In this document: positions 34,198 to 46,442 of the stretch, in pieces
Layout: the number at the start of each line of letters is the position of its first letter
Position numbering within the stretch: position 1 is the stretch's first letter
Origin: Escherichia coli
GTDB lineage: Bacteria; Pseudomonadota; Gammaproteobacteria; Enterobacterales; Enterobacteriaceae
NCBI RefSeq assembly: GCF_041886205.1
Contig: NZ_CP169029.1
Length of the DNA: 64,000 bases
Direction: 5' to 3' (one strand)
Notes under the pieces: generated by a model
The model's input: the letters and a program-made list of their open reading frames with translations, nothing else
What the model was told of the DNA's origin: nothing
The model's database searches: none
Made by a program: the position numbers and the translations under genes

Positions 34198-35250
34198 TTA
34201 CCCGCGACGCGCTTTTACTGCATTCGCCAGTTGACGTAACAGAGCATCGGTATCTTCCCAGCCGATGCAGGCATCGGTGATGCTCTTACCGTAGGCCAGC
34301 GGCTCCCCGCTCTCGAGGCTCTGATTGCCTTCCACCAGATGGCTTTCCACCATCACGCCAATAATGGCCTTTTCGCCACCGGCAATCTGCTGGCAAACGT
34401 CAGCACAAACATCCATCTGCTTTTTGAATTGTTTGGACGAGTTAGCATGGCTGAAATCGATCATCACCTGTGCTGGCAGGCCTGCTTTGTTCAGCCCTTC
34501 TTTCACTTCAGCAACGTGCTTCGCGCTGTAGTTAGGCTCTTTACCGCCGCGCAGAATGATATGGCAATCGCCGTTACCGCTGGTATTCACAATCGCCGAA
34601 TGCCCCCATTTCGTTACGGACAGGAAGCAGTGCGGCGCACCGGCGGCATTAATGGCATCGATAGCCACTTTAATCGTACCGTCGGTGCCATTTTTGAAGC
34701 CGACCGGACAAGAAAGCCCTGATGCCAGTTCGCGGTGCACCTGCGATTCGGTGGTACGTGCGCCAATTGCGCCCCAGCTCATCAGGTCAGCGAGATATTG
34801 TGGGGTGATCATATCGAGAAACTCACCTGCCGCTGGCAGACCGCTGTCGTTAATATCAAGCAGCAATTTACGGGCTATACGCAGACCGTCGTTGATCTGG
34901 AAGCTATTATCCATATGCGGATCGTTAATCAGCCCTTTCCAGCCCACCGTGGTACGCGGCTTTTCAAAATAGACGCGCATTACGATTTCCAGCTCATCTT
35001 TCAGCTCTTCACGCAGCGCCAGCAAGCGAGTGGCATACTCTTTTGCCGCGACAGGATCATGAATTGAGCATGGGCCAATCACAACCAACAGGCGATCATC
35101 ATTACCTTTCAGGATCTTATGGATCGCTTTTCGGGCATGGGCAACCGTATTCGCGGCATTTTCAGTAGCGGGGAATTTTTCCAGCAATGCGACAGGAGGA
35201 AGTAACTCTTTGATTTCTTTGATGCGTAAATCGTCGTTCTGATAATTCAT
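34198..35250 (-). CDS. aroG: Phe-sensitive DAHP synthase (3-deoxy-7-phosphoheptulonate synthase)
   Basis: 350 aa, MNYQNDDLRIKEIKELLPPVALLEKFPATENAANTVAHARKAIHKILKGNDDRLLVVIGPCSIHDP…. Confidence 0.95.
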   Translation of the reverse strand: MNYQNDDLRIKEIKELLPPVALLEKFPATENAANTVAHARKAIHKILKGNDDRLLVVIGPCSIHDPVAAKEYATRLLALREELKDELEIVMRVYFEKPRTTVGWKGLINDPHMDNSFQINDGLRIARKLLLDINDSGLPAAGEFLDMITPQYLADLMSWGAIGARTTESQVHRELASGLSCPVGFKNGTDGTIKVAIDAINAAGAPHCFLSVTKWGHSAIVNTSGNGDCHIILRGGKEPNYSAKHVAEVKEGLNKAGLPAQVMIDFSHANSSKQFKKQMDVCADVCQQIAGGEKAIIGVMVESHLVEGNQSLESGEPLAYGKSITDACIGWEDTDALLRQLANAVKARRG

Positions 35251-35320
35251 GTCTGTTCCAGTGTTGCCATACTTATCTTAGTGAATGCAATACTTCCAAT
35301 CTATATCTTCCGTCAGAATG

Positions 35321-35338
35321 TGTAAACGGGGTTTTACA
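35321..35338. promoter_or_regulatory. TyrR box upstream of aroG
   Basis: TGTAAACGGGGTTTTACA (TGTAAA-N6-TTTACA), about 70 bp upstream of the aroG start. Confidence 0.75.
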
Positions 35339-35565
35339 CTATGAACGGATTAATCCTGGAATTAGCAAGAAAAACGCCAGATTGTCGCGAAAAACGAGAT
35401 CTCTCCTACAATTTCTAACTGTAACTCCTTTGTTTGTTAATTATTTCAAGATTCTCTGCTGCGTTTCATAACCTGGCTGAAATCTTAAACCAATGCCTTA
35501 TATTCACCTGCAAATGCACTGTTGGAAGAGGTTATCCGACATAACGACCATAACAGGAGCATCCT

Positions 35566-35946
35566 ATGAAAATGACAAAACTGGCCACATTATTTCTGAC
35601 TGCCACTCTAAGCCTTGCCAGCGGTGCCGCACTGGCTGCCGATAGCGGAGCGCAAACTAATAACGGCCAGGCAAACGCCGCAGCTGATGCGGGCCAGGTA
35701 GCCCCTGACGCCCGTGAAAATGTCGCGCCAAATAACGTCGACAATAACGGGGTAAATACCGGTTCTGGCGGCACAATGCTGCATTCGGATGGTTCTTCAA
35801 TGAACAATGACGGAATGACCAAAGATGAAGAGCACAAGAACACCATGTGCAAAGATGGTCGCTGTCCGGATATCAATAAAAAGGTACAAACCGGTGATGG
35901 CATCAATAATGATGTCGATACCAAAACCGACGGTACCACGCAGTAA
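35566..35946 (+). CDS. ybgS: Secreted protein YbgS
   Basis: 126 aa, signal peptide [24 protein letters not shown], low-complexity N/D/G-rich mature part. Confidence 0.8.
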
Positions 35947-36059
35947 CCCTGCAAAATAGCCAATAATGGGAGAGCGGAGTCTCTCCCTTTTAATTTTTCA
36001 CTTCTAAAAGCAGTATGATGTCATAAAGTTAAGTGAGAATAATTAAGGGATGACTCGTC

Positions 36060-36995
36060 ATGGCGCACTCACACACGTCCTCACACCTGCCAGAAGATAA
36101 TAATGCTCGTCGCTTGTTGTATGCTTTCGGCGTGACTGCCGGGTTTATGCTGGTAGAAGTCGTTGGTGGTTTTCTTTCTGGTTCTCTGGCATTGCTGGCC
36201 GATGCGGGTCATATGTTGACCGATACTGCCGCCCTGCTTTTCGCCCTACTCGCCGTGCAATTTTCACGTCGTCCTCCCACCATTCGCCACACTTTCGGTT
36301 GGCTAAGACTGACCACGCTCGCGGCGTTTGTGAATGCCATAGCCCTCGTGGTAATTACCATTTTGATTGTCTGGGAGGCGATAGAACGCTTCCGCACGCC
36401 GCGTCCGGTCGAGGGCGGCATGATGATGGCAATTGCCGTGGCTGGGTTGCTGGCAAATATACTTTCTTTCTGGTTACTTCATCACGGCAGCGAAGAGAAA
36501 AACCTCAACGTACGAGCAGCGGCACTGCATGTGCTCGGGGACCTGCTGGGTTCGGTTGGGGCTATTATTGCCGCGTTGATTATTATCTGGACTGGCTGGA
36601 CACCTGCTGACCCCATTCTCTCGATACTGGTGTCGCTTCTGGTTCTGCGTAGCGCGTGGCGACTGTTGAAAGATAGCGTGAATGAATTACTTGAAGGTGC
36701 ACCGGTATCGCTGGATATCGCTGAACTGAAGCGTCGTATGTGCCGGGAAATCCCGGAAGTCCGCAATGTGCACCATGTACATGTATGGATGGTAGGCGAG
36801 AAGCCGGTGATGACGTTGCATGTGCAGGTGATCCCGCCACACGATCACGATGCCTTGTTGGATCAGATCCAACACTACCTGATGGATCACTATCAGATTG
36901 AGCACGCCACCATTCAGATGGAATATCAACCTTGTCATGGGCCAGACTGCCACCTGAATGAAGGGGTGTCTGGCCATTCACATCATCACCATTAA
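36060..36995 (+). CDS. zitB: Cation-diffusion-facilitator zinc efflux transporter
   Basis: 311 aa, His-rich termini (MAHSHTSSH…, …GHSHHHH), CDF membrane domain. Confidence 0.9.
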   Translation: MAHSHTSSHLPEDNNARRLLYAFGVTAGFMLVEVVGGFLSGSLALLADAGHMLTDTAALLFALLAVQFSRRPPTIRHTFGWLRLTTLAAFVNAIALVVITILIVWEAIERFRTPRPVEGGMMMAIAVAGLLANILSFWLLHHGSEEKNLNVRAAALHVLGDLLGSVGAIIAALIIIWTGWTPADPILSILVSLLVLRSAWRLLKDSVNELLEGAPVSLDIAELKRRMCREIPEVRNVHHVHVWMVGEKPVMTLHVQVIPPHDHDALLDQIQHYLMDHYQIEHATIQMEYQPCHGPDCHLNEGVSGHSHHHH

Positions 36996-37711
36996 TGGGA
37001 CAGCGCGCGTGAGCCTCTTTCACGTGCGCTGTTGATCCACATCCGGCTGCCGTTGAGCGCAATAAAGGTCAGGATGATGTACTCCAGAGACATGGCGTAA
37101 ACGCCCTGAAGTGCAAAAATAACGACGCTAATCACGTTAATAATCACCCACAACAGCCAGTTTTCCACATACTTACGCGTCATCAGAATCATTGCCACGA
37201 TAGATAACACCATCATGCATGAATCCCAGAACGGGAAAGCGTCCGGTTGCAGTTCAGGCATCACAACCTGTAATCCTAATGCTTGCATGATCATGACTGC
37301 CACGCGGGTCAAAAATGCAAACACCGGATTGATAAATACCGTCATCAGACCAATCGAAACAACGCAAACCGCCAACCAGCTGAGTGCCTTCGGCAATGGC
37401 AACCAGCGAATTTTCAACTCCGCCTCGTTCTGACTGGTTTGTCGCGACCACGCATACCAACCGTAAATATTCGCGGCAAAGAAAAACACCTGTAATAGCA
37501 GGCTGGCATACAGCTGAATCTGAAAGAAAATAATGCCAAACAAGGTGACGTTGATCAGGCCAAAGAAGTAGTTGCTGATCTTCTCCAGACTGGCAAGGCC
37601 AATACACAGCAACCCGGCGATCGTGCCTACCGCTTCGATCCATGAGAGATCATAACCGCCTGCCCCTATTGGTATATGTACCAGGATATTCTGCACACTA
37701 AAAAAATCCAT
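36992..37711 (-). CDS. pnuC: Nicotinamide riboside transporter
   Basis: 239-aa membrane protein downstream of nadA. Confidence 0.9.
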   Translation of the reverse strand: MDFFSVQNILVHIPIGAGGYDLSWIEAVGTIAGLLCIGLASLEKISNYFFGLINVTLFGIIFFQIQLYASLLLQVFFFAANIYGWYAWSRQTSQNEAELKIRWLPLPKALSWLAVCVVSIGLMTVFINPVFAFLTRVAVMIMQALGLQVVMPELQPDAFPFWDSCMMVLSIVAMILMTRKYVENWLLWVIINVISVVIFALQGVYAMSLEYIILTFIALNGSRMWINSARERGSRALSH

Positions 37712-37748
37712 CTTTCCCCCAAAGCGTAACGTTACGCCTTATTATTCG

Positions 37749-38792
37749 TTATCCACGTAGTGTAGCCGCAAAATCCAGCATACGATTGAGCGGCACCAGC
37801 GCCCTCTCTCGCAGCCTTTCATCAACATGAACCTCGTGATTGCTTCCTTCCTGTTCTAATGCCTCTGCGATGGCCTGAAGGCCATTCATGGCCATCCACG
37901 GACAATGCGCGCAGCTGCGGCAGGTTGCACCCTCACCTGCGGTTGGTGCTTCCAGTAACTCTTTATCTGGCACCGCCTGCTGCATTTTGTAGAAAATACC
38001 CCGATCGGTTGCCACAATAAGCCTCTGATGTGGCAATGTTTTCGCAGCAGCGATCAGTTGACTGGTGGAACCGACCGCATCCGCCATATCGACAATAGCT
38101 TGTGGTGATTCTGGATGCACCAGTATGGCAGCATCCGGGTATTCTTCTTGCAAGCGGGTTAACGCCTGAGTCTTAAATTCATCATGCACAATACAGGCAC
38201 CCTGCCAGCATAGAATGTCTCCACCCGTCTGTTTTTGCACGTAACGCCCCAGATGTTTGTCGGGTGCCCAGATGATTTTTTCACCCAAACTATCAAGATG
38301 ATCAATAAGTTCGACGGCAATGCTTGAAGTTACCACCCAATCTGCGCGCGCTTTTACCGCAGCAGAAGTGTTGGCGTAGACGACGACAGTACGATCGGGA
38401 TGGGCATCGCAAAATGCGTTAAATTCTTCAACAGGGCAGCCGAGATCCAGTGAACATTCAGCCTGAAGTGTCGGCATCAGAATTGTTTTTTCCGGACTGA
38501 GAATTTTGGCGGTTTCTCCCATAAATCTCACCCCAGCGACTAACAAAGTAGAAGCGGGATGCTTTGCACCGAAGCGCGCCATTTCCAGAGAATCAGAAAT
38601 ACAGCCACCGGTTTCTTCTGCCAGTTGTTGAATTTCGGGATCGGTATAGTAGTGGGCAACCATCACCGCATTACGTTCTTTTAGCAGACGTTTTATCTTC
38701 TCGCGGTAATACGCTTTTTCATCAATGCTTAACGGCGTCGGCTTCGGGGGGAAAGGATAAATCGCCGTGTCTGGATCAAACATTACGCTCAT
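37749..38792 (-). CDS. nadA: Quinolinate synthase A
   Basis: 347 aa, [18 protein letters not shown]…; Fe-S cysteine ligands. Confidence 0.95.
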
Positions 38793-38864
38793 CTTACCAT
38801 CTCGTTTTACAGGCTTAACGTTAAAACCGACATTAGCGTAATATTCGCTGTTATCGGTGTAATT

Positions 38865-38882
38865 TGTTTTATATGCTAAACA
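38865..38882. promoter_or_regulatory. NadR (NAD box) operator upstream of nadA-pnuC
   Basis: TGTTTTATATGCTAAACA (TGTTTA-like inverted repeat), about 75 bp upstream of the nadA start. Confidence 0.7.
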
Positions 38883-39061
38883 AGATAGTCGAATGGTGGG
38901 GAAAAGTCACTCGAATTACGTATGAGATGCCGAATGCCACACTTTGCGTCTTATTCCTCCGACGTAAAGTTGTTTACGCAGCAAGCGCGGAGTATGTCAT
39001 CAGGGTCAAGAATTGAAATTGAGAGATGCCTGAATAGCAAAAAAGCGCCTTTAGGGCGCTT

Positions 39062-39137
39062 TTTTACATTGGTGGGTCGTGCAGGATTCGAACCTGCGAC
39101 CAATTGATTAAAAGTCAACTGCTCTACCAACTGAGCT
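39062..39137 (-). tRNA. lysQ: tRNA-Lys (UUU)
   Basis: Reverse complement is GGGTCGTTAGCTCAGTTGGTAGAGCAGTTGACTTTTAATCAATTGGTCGCAGGTTCGAATCCTGCACGACCCACCA; gene name assigned by position in the operon. Confidence 0.95.
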
Positions 39138-39170
39138 AACGACCCCTTGCGGGATTATGCTGCTTTAATC

Positions 39171-39243
39171 ATTCAGGATGGTGGGTCGTGCAGGATGACT
39201 GGACTTCGTCTCGCCCTTCGGGCCGTTGCTAACGCAACGTTAT
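39171..39243. repeat. Inter-tRNA spacer repeat that starts with the 3' 17 nt of tRNA-Lys (copy 1 of 3)
   Basis: TGGTGGGTCGTGCAGGATGACTGGACTTCGTCTCGCCCTTCGGGCCGTTGCTAACGCAACGTTATCCTTCACG. Confidence 0.8.
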
Positions 39244-39269
39244 CCTTCACGTTCTCTACCAGTAACCAC

Positions 39270-39345
39270 CTTTAAATTGGTGGGTCGTGCAGGATTCGAA
39301 CCTGCGACCAATTGATTAAAAGTCAACTGCTCTACCAACTGAGCT
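39270..39345 (-). tRNA. lysZ: tRNA-Lys (UUU)
   Basis: Identical 76-nt tRNA-Lys sequence. Confidence 0.95.
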
Positions 39346-39403
39346 AACGACCCATATGGGTGTTACCTGAAAGATTTCTACTCGGAACCAATCTTTAAAA
39401 TTG

Positions 39404-39464
39404 GTGGCTCGTGCAGGATGACTCGCTTCGCTCGCCCTACGGGCCGTTGCTGGCGTAACGTTAT
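39404..39464. repeat. Inter-tRNA spacer repeat (copy 2 of 3, diverged)
   Basis: TGGTGGCTCGTGCAGGATGACTCGCTTCGCTCGCCCTACGGGCCGTTGCTGGCGTAACGTTATCCTTCACG. Confidence 0.8.
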
Positions 39465-39491
39465 CCTTCACGCTTAACATCTGAGTTTGAT

Positions 39492-39567
39492 GTTAAAACT
39501 GGTGGGTCGTGCAGGATTCGAACCTGCGACCAATTGATTAAAAGTCAACTGCTCTACCAACTGAGCT
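39492..39567 (-). tRNA. lysY: tRNA-Lys (UUU)
   Basis: Identical 76-nt tRNA-Lys sequence. Confidence 0.95.
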
Positions 39568-39570
39568 AAC

Positions 39571-39646
39571 GACCCGAGTGGTGGGTGATGACGGGATCGA
39601 ACCGCCGACCCCCTCCTTGTAAGGGAGGTGCTCTCCCAGCTGAGCT
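39571..39646 (-). tRNA. valZ: tRNA-Val (UAC)
   Basis: Reverse complement is GGGTGATTAGCTCAGCTGGGAGAGCACCTCCCTTACAAGGAGGGGGTCGGCGGTTCGATCCCGTCATCACCCACCA. Confidence 0.95.
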
Positions 39647-39697
39647 AATCACCCGATACTGCGCTGGATACTACAAACTACTTCCACCGAACCCACC

Positions 39698-39773
39698 GTA
39701 ATTAGTGGTGGGTCGTGCAGGATTCGAACCTGCGACCAATTGATTAAAAGTCAACTGCTCTACCAACTGAGCT
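39698..39773 (-). tRNA. lysW: tRNA-Lys (UUU)
   Basis: Identical 76-nt tRNA-Lys sequence. Confidence 0.95.
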
Positions 39774-39775
39774 AA

Positions 39776-39851
39776 CGACCCGGTGGTGGGTGATGACGGG
39801 ATCGAACCGCCGACCCCCTCCTTGTAAGGGAGGTGCTCTCCCAGCTGAGCT
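39776..39851 (-). tRNA. valT: tRNA-Val (UAC)
   Basis: Identical 76-nt tRNA-Val sequence. Confidence 0.95.
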
Positions 39852-39886
39852 AATCACCCAATACTACGCTGGATACTACAACTAAC

Positions 39887-39959
39887 TATGTTAGTGGTGG
39901 GTCGTGCAGGATGACTCGACTTCGTCTCGCCCTTCGGGCCGTTGCTGATGCAACGTTAT
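39887..39959. repeat. Inter-tRNA spacer repeat (copy 3 of 3)
   Basis: TGGTGGGTCGTGCAGGATGACTCGACTTCGTCTCGCCCTTCGGGCCGTTGCTGATGCAACGTTATCCTTCACG. Confidence 0.8.
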
Positions 39960-39986
39960 CCTTCACGTTTTACTACCGCTTCCACC

Positions 39987-40062
39987 TTAGCGATTGGTGG
40001 GTCGTGCAGGATTCGAACCTGCGACCAATTGATTAAAAGTCAACTGCTCTACCAACTGAGCT
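39987..40062 (-). tRNA. lysT: tRNA-Lys (UUU), promoter-proximal gene of the operon
   Basis: Identical 76-nt tRNA-Lys sequence; operon promoter expected at 40063-40200. Confidence 0.95.
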
Positions 40063-40234
40063 AACGACCCACTTTTTCGTTGCTTTCGGTTTGTTTGATA
40101 TCCCGTGGCAACGGCGGCATATATTACTGATTTCAGACTTGAGCGCAACAAAAATTTCGATGCAGATCACTCAACTGCTTATGATTCGCACGACACGACC
40201 AGAAATAATGCGACTTCTGGTCGTGTGTTATGCA

Positions 40235-41026
40235 TTACATCGCGTTCAGACGTTTTTGTGCCTGTTTAGCGCCATCAGTACCAGGGTATTTACTGATAAC
40301 CTGCTGGTATACGGCTTTCGCTTTTGCGGTGTCACCTTTGTCCTGCATGATGACGCCGACTTTAAACATCGCATCAGCAGCCTTTGGTGACTTCGGATAG
40401 TTTTTCACTACCGAAGCAAAATAGTACGCCGCATCATCTTTTTTACCCTTGTTGTAGTTTAACTGACCCAGCCAATAATTGGCGTTTGGCAGGTAAGTTG
40501 AATCAGGGTAATTTTTGATGAAATTCTGAAATGCCACCATTGCGTCATCCTGGCGGGATTTATCCTGCACCAGCGCAATAGCTGCATTGTAATCCGTGTT
40601 TGCATCGCCGCTTTTCACCGGCGCGCCAGCATTCGCAGTACCAGCATCAGCTGTCGGCGTCGTTGATGCCGCCGCACCGCTTTGATCGCTGCTGGTTGAT
40701 TGCGCCGCTGCACCACCGCTGCTGAGGCTGTCGATCTGCAACAGGATCTGCTTTTGCCGCTCCACGACCTGATTCAGTTGATACTGATTTTCCTGAATCT
40801 GACCACGCAGGGAATCAATATCGGATTGATTATCAGAAAGTTGTTGCTGGAGTTGGGTTAAAAGCTGGCTGTGAGCATTAGAAATACGCTCAAGTTGAGT
40901 GACGCGGTCTTCGACCGAGCCTGAGCCGACACTACTGATTGGTGCCTGAGCAAAAGCGGCCCAGGGGGCCGCTATACCAACCAGTAACGACAGACTCAAT
41001 AGTTGATGTCTGAAGTTACTGCTCAT
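40235..41026 (-). CDS. cpoB: Cell-division coordinator CpoB (YbgF), TPR periplasmic protein
   Basis: 263 aa, signal peptide, coiled-coil Q-rich segment and TPR-like C-terminus. Confidence 0.9.
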   Translation of the reverse strand: MSSNFRHQLLSLSLLVGIAAPWAAFAQAPISSVGSGSVEDRVTQLERISNAHSQLLTQLQQQLSDNQSDIDSLRGQIQENQYQLNQVVERQKQILLQIDSLSSGGAAAQSTSSDQSGAAASTTPTADAGTANAGAPVKSGDANTDYNAAIALVQDKSRQDDAMVAFQNFIKNYPDSTYLPNANYWLGQLNYNKGKKDDAAYYFASVVKNYPKSPKAADAMFKVGVIMQDKGDTAKAKAVYQQVISKYPGTDGAKQAQKRLNAM

Positions 41027-41035
41027 GCAATTCTC

Positions 41036-41581
<546 letters not shown>

Positions 41582-41591
41582 TTAATTATTA

Positions 41592-42884
41592 TCACAGATA
41601 CGGCGACCAGGCAGGGAATTTGACCTGTCCATCAGTTGCCGGAAGACGCGCTTTGAAACGCCCATCTGTAGAAACCAAATTCAGCACGGATCCCATCCCC
41701 TGAGAAGAGCTGTAGATTACCATAGTGCCGTTAGGTGCCAGACTTGGCGTTTCATCCAGGAACGTGGACGACAGAACTTGTACGCCTCCCGTTGCCAGAT
41801 CTTGTTTGGCAATGTGCTGCTGCCCACCATTGGAGCTGACCATTACCATAAATTTACCGTCGCTGCTGACATCCGCATCCTGGTTCTGCGAACCTTCCCA
41901 GGTAATACGTTGTGGCGCACCGCCGTTGATATTCACTTTATAAACCTGCGGACGACCGGCCTGGTCAGAAGTAAATGCCAGGTTCTGGCTATCCGGGAAC
42001 CAGGTCGGTTCGGTATTGTTACTGCGACCATCAGTCACCTGGCGGATCTGACCAGAAGCCAAATCCATTACGTACAGGTTCAGACTACCGGTTTTCGACA
42101 AGGCGAATGCCAGTTTGCTGCCGTCTGGCGAGAATGCAGGTGCACCGTTGTGACGCGGGAATGAAGCCACCTGACGTACAGCGCCATTTGCCAGCGTCTG
42201 AATAACCAGCGCGGAACGACCGCTTTCGAAGGTCACATAAGCCAGTTTAGAACCGTCTGGTGACCACGCCGGAGACATCAGCGGCTGCGGTGAACGGTGA
42301 ACGACAAACTGGTTGTAACCGTCATAGTCAGATACGCGCAGTTCATACGGGAACTGACCGCCGTTGGTCTGAACAACGTAGGCAATACGAGTACGGAACG
42401 CACCTTTAATGCCGGTCAGTTTTTCAAACACTTCATCACTGGCGGTATGACCAGCATAACGCAGCCACTGCTTGTTCACTTTGTACGAGTTCTGAGCAAG
42501 TACAGTACCCGGTGCGCCGCCAGTGTCAACAAGTTGATAAGCAACATTGTAAGAACCATCCGGATTCGGAGTGACCTGACCGACAACTACAGCGTCAATG
42601 CCCAGTGCGGACCATGCAGCTGGTTGTACTTCCTGCGCACTACCCGGCTGCTGTGGCAGACGAGCGCGATCTAACGGATTAAATTTACCGCTGTTACGCA
42701 AGTCAGCAGCAACGATGCCGCCAATATCTTCAGGTGCCGCACCAGGCCCCGCCCACTGGAAAGGAACAACACCAATAGGACGACCGGAATCTACACCGCT
42801 GTCGATCACAATGCGGACTTCAGCATGCAGAACTGATGCCCACAGTATGAGAAAACCAAATGCTACTCGTAATGCCTGCTTCAT
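41592..42884 (-). CDS. tolB: Tol-Pal system periplasmic beta-propeller protein
   Basis: [30 protein letters not shown]…, 430 aa. Confidence 0.95.
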   Translation of the reverse strand: MKQALRVAFGFLILWASVLHAEVRIVIDSGVDSGRPIGVVPFQWAGPGAAPEDIGGIVAADLRNSGKFNPLDRARLPQQPGSAQEVQPAAWSALGIDAVVVGQVTPNPDGSYNVAYQLVDTGGAPGTVLAQNSYKVNKQWLRYAGHTASDEVFEKLTGIKGAFRTRIAYVVQTNGGQFPYELRVSDYDGYNQFVVHRSPQPLMSPAWSPDGSKLAYVTFESGRSALVIQTLANGAVRQVASFPRHNGAPAFSPDGSKLAFALSKTGSLNLYVMDLASGQIRQVTDGRSNNTEPTWFPDSQNLAFTSDQAGRPQVYKVNINGGAPQRITWEGSQNQDADVSSDGKFMVMVSSNGGQQHIAKQDLATGGVQVLSSTFLDETPSLAPNGTMVIYSSSQGMGSVLNLVSTDGRFKARLPATDGQVKFPAWSPYL

Positions 42885-43016
42885 CATATCTCCCTTATCT
42901 GGACCGATGGCCCACGATAATTTAGCAGAATGTTAACAAACTAAAATACACAAAACTACCAGAACCCCGTGGCAACCGGTGCCTGATGTTGACCGTCCGA
43001 ACAGTCAACATCGCGA

Positions 43017-44282
43017 TTACGGTTTGAAGTCCAATGGCGCGTTTTTGAACACTTCATATACTGCCTGGCTTGGTGGTTTCGGGATCTTCGCAAGTTTAGC
43101 TGCTGCCAACGCAGCCTGACAAAGTGCGGGATCGCCACCTTCAGGTTTGATATCCAGTAACATACCATCGGGTGCCAGTTTTATGCGCAGCGTACAGGTT
43201 TTGCCTGCATAGGACGATGCGTCATAGAACTTACTTTCGATAGCAGATTTAATCTGCCCGGCATAGTTATTGATATCGGCCCCTGATGCGCCATTGTTTT
43301 TAGTATTACCACTCCCGGCAGGCGAAGCATTGTTCCCTTTCGCCCCTCCCCCCGTTTTCGGTGCATTCTTACCAGAGCTTAGCTCACCGAAAATATCATC
43401 TGCCTCTGCGGCCGCTTTTGCTGCAGCGGCTTTTTCAGCTGCAGCTTTTGCCGCTGCCGCTTTTTTGTCTGCGGCGGCTTTTTCTGCCGCTGCTTTCTTA
43501 TCAGCTGCTGCCTTTTCAGCAGCCGCTTTTTCTGCTGCTTTTTTGTCGGCTGCAGCTTTCTCTGCTGCCGCTTTCTTATCAGCTGCAGCCTTTTCAGCAG
43601 CCGCTTTCTTCTCAGCTTCTGCTTTGGCTTTTTCAGCAGCTTCAGTTGCCGCTTTCTTTCTTGCTTCAGCTGCAGCTGCTTCTGCCGCTTCCGCTTTCTT
43701 CTTCAGTGCCGCAGCGGCTGCCTCGGCTTTTTTCTGCGCTTCGGCTGCGGCTTTGGCGGCTTCTGCTTCTGCTTTTTTCTTTGCGTCTGCAGCCGCTTTC
43801 TTCGCTGCTTCTTCCGCAGCTTTAGCATCTGCTTCGGCCTTCATTTTAGCATCTGCCGCCGCTTTCGCTGCCGCCTCTTCAGCTTGCTTCTGCTTTAACT
43901 CGGCCTGTTTTGCGGCTTCTTCAGCCTGCTTTTTCTGCTCCTGAGCCGCTAACCGCTCTTTCTCAAGTTGCTTCAGGCGTTCCTGTTCAGCCGCTTGTTT
44001 CTCACGCAGTTCTTCAGCAGCCTGCTGTTCCTTCATCTTGCGCTGTTCATCAGAACGCTTCGCGCTTGATTCCTGGCTTTGCATGCGTTTGTACTGCTCA
44101 ACTACCGCACCTGAATCAACCATGACAGCGTCGATGGACGAACCACCGCCGCCTCCGGCTGAAGCTTCTATATTCTCATCGAACGAACTCCAGATCAGCG
44201 CCGCAAATAAGATGACATGCAGCACTGCTGAAATAATTATCGCCCGCTTGAGCTTGTCGTTTTGTTCGGTTGCCTTTGACAC
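43017..44282 (-). CDS. tolA: Tol-Pal system protein TolA
   Basis: N-terminal membrane anchor, long Ala/Lys/Glu-rich helical domain II, C-terminal domain; 421 aa. Confidence 0.95.
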   Translation of the reverse strand: MSKATEQNDKLKRAIIISAVLHVILFAALIWSSFDENIEASAGGGGGSSIDAVMVDSGAVVEQYKRMQSQESSAKRSDEQRKMKEQQAAEELREKQAAEQERLKQLEKERLAAQEQKKQAEEAAKQAELKQKQAEEAAAKAAADAKMKAEADAKAAEEAAKKAAADAKKKAEAEAAKAAAEAQKKAEAAAAALKKKAEAAEAAAAEARKKAATEAAEKAKAEAEKKAAAEKAAADKKAAAEKAAADKKAAEKAAAEKAAADKKAAAEKAAADKKAAAAKAAAEKAAAAKAAAEADDIFGELSSGKNAPKTGGGAKGNNASPAGSGNTKNNGASGADINNYAGQIKSAIESKFYDASSYAGKTCTLRIKLAPDGMLLDIKPEGGDPALCQAALAAAKLAKIPKPPSQAVYEVFKNAPLDFKP

Positions 44283-44346
44283 TCTCGGTTTCCAAAAACT
44301 GTTCGCCTGTTACCCGCTCTCTTTCAAGCAAGGGAAACGCAGATGT

Positions 44347-44775
44347 TTAGATAGGCTGCGTCATTAAACCAACCGATTTCACACCCGCACTATGTAACAA
44401 GTTCAGTGCTTTAATTATTTCATCGTAAGGCACATCTTTTGCGCCACCGATCAGAAAGACCGTTTTCGGGTTGGCCTTGAAACGGCTGGACACTTCCGCC
44501 ACCACCTGCTCTGGTGGTAAACGCTCCAGGCGATCTTTCTCAACCACCACGGTGTACTGACCAATACCAGACACTTCAACAATCACTGGCGGATTATCGT
44601 TACTGCTCACCGCCTGTGATTCAGTAGCGTCTGGCAGATCGACCTCCACGCTCTGGGTGATGATGGGCGCTGTCGCCATAAAGATCAGCAACAGCACCAG
44701 CAGTACGTCCAGCAACGGTACAATGTTGATTTCGGACTTGAGATCGCGACGACCTCGTCCACGCGCTCTGGCCAT
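44347..44775 (-). CDS. tolR: Tol-Pal system protein TolR (ExbD/TolR family)
   Basis: 142 aa, MARARGRGRRDLKSEINIVPLLDVLLVLLLIFMATAP…. Confidence 0.95.
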   Translation of the reverse strand: MARARGRGRRDLKSEINIVPLLDVLLVLLLIFMATAPIITQSVEVDLPDATESQAVSSNDNPPVIVEVSGIGQYTVVVEKDRLERLPPEQVVAEVSSRFKANPKTVFLIGGAKDVPYDEIIKALNLLHSAGVKSVGLMTQPI

Positions 44776-44778
44776 GGC

Positions 44779-45872
<1,094 letters not shown>

Positions 45873-46021
45873 TTTACATCCCGGTAATGCAACAAAAGTT
45901 AGAGCTTTTAAACGCTGCTACTATACGCGCGCGATTGAGGTTTGGGAATGAGGGCAAGTTAAGGGAGCGTAAAAATTTATGGGCCTGGAGCGGCCCATAA
46001 TTTTTTAAAGAGAATTCTGAT

Positions 46022-46315
46022 TTAAAAGAAGAAGAAAATCAGCCCGACAATGAGAACAATATCGGCAAGCAATGGGCAAAAAATCCCTTGCCAAAGAACC
46101 TTCTGCGGACGAAAGCCCACGCCGTGAATCACACCAGCACAGACGGCCCACATCAGCAATAAACCATGCCAGATTTCCAGTTCACTGGTCTTCGCGGCAA
46201 AACGAGATGGGTCCCAAAACATACATCCTGCTAACAGAAGCGCCATCACGAAGGAAAGCGCCCGCAGGGGGCGCTTGTCCATTACCGCATACAAAGTCGC
46301 GATAATCTTACTCAT
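46022..46315 (-). CDS. ybgE: Small membrane protein YbgE (cyd operon)
   Basis: 97 aa; start overlaps the cydX stop. Confidence 0.8.
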   Translation of the reverse strand: MSKIIATLYAVMDKRPLRALSFVMALLLAGCMFWDPSRFAAKTSELEIWHGLLLMWAVCAGVIHGVGFRPQKVLWQGIFCPLLADIVLIVGLIFFFF

Positions 46316-46428
46316 CAGATGTCTTCTTGACCGGCTTTGCCTGATTCGACGTGTTCAAGCGCCAGCGCGGTGATTACCCCAAACGAACAGGCAAGAAGCG
46401 TTCCCAGAATCCATGCGAAATACCACAT
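46315..46428 (-). CDS. cydX: Cytochrome bd-I small subunit CydX (37 aa)
   Basis: Own translation MWYFAWILGTLLACSFGVITALALEHVESGKAGQEDI; below the ORF-track size cut-off. Confidence 0.85.
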   Translation of the reverse strand: MWYFAWILGTLLACSFGVITALALEHVESGKAGQEDI

Positions 46429-46442
46429 TTTTAGCTCCTTAC

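Noticed and set aside
36583-37062. 159-aa and other ORFs overlapping the zitB 3' end and pnuC
   Set aside because: Frame shadows of zitB and pnuC; GC-rich codon bias matches the real genes on the other frame or strand.
43400-43900. Highly repetitive GC-rich stretch with short periodic repeats that superficially resembles a tandem-repeat or array-like structure
   Set aside because: It lies entirely inside tolA and encodes the Ala/Lys/Glu-rich helical domain II of TolA. The repeats are codon-level, with no spacer/repeat architecture.
43270-43944. 224-aa ORF on the plus strand, Ala/Phe/Ser-rich
   Set aside because: Antisense shadow of the repetitive tolA domain.
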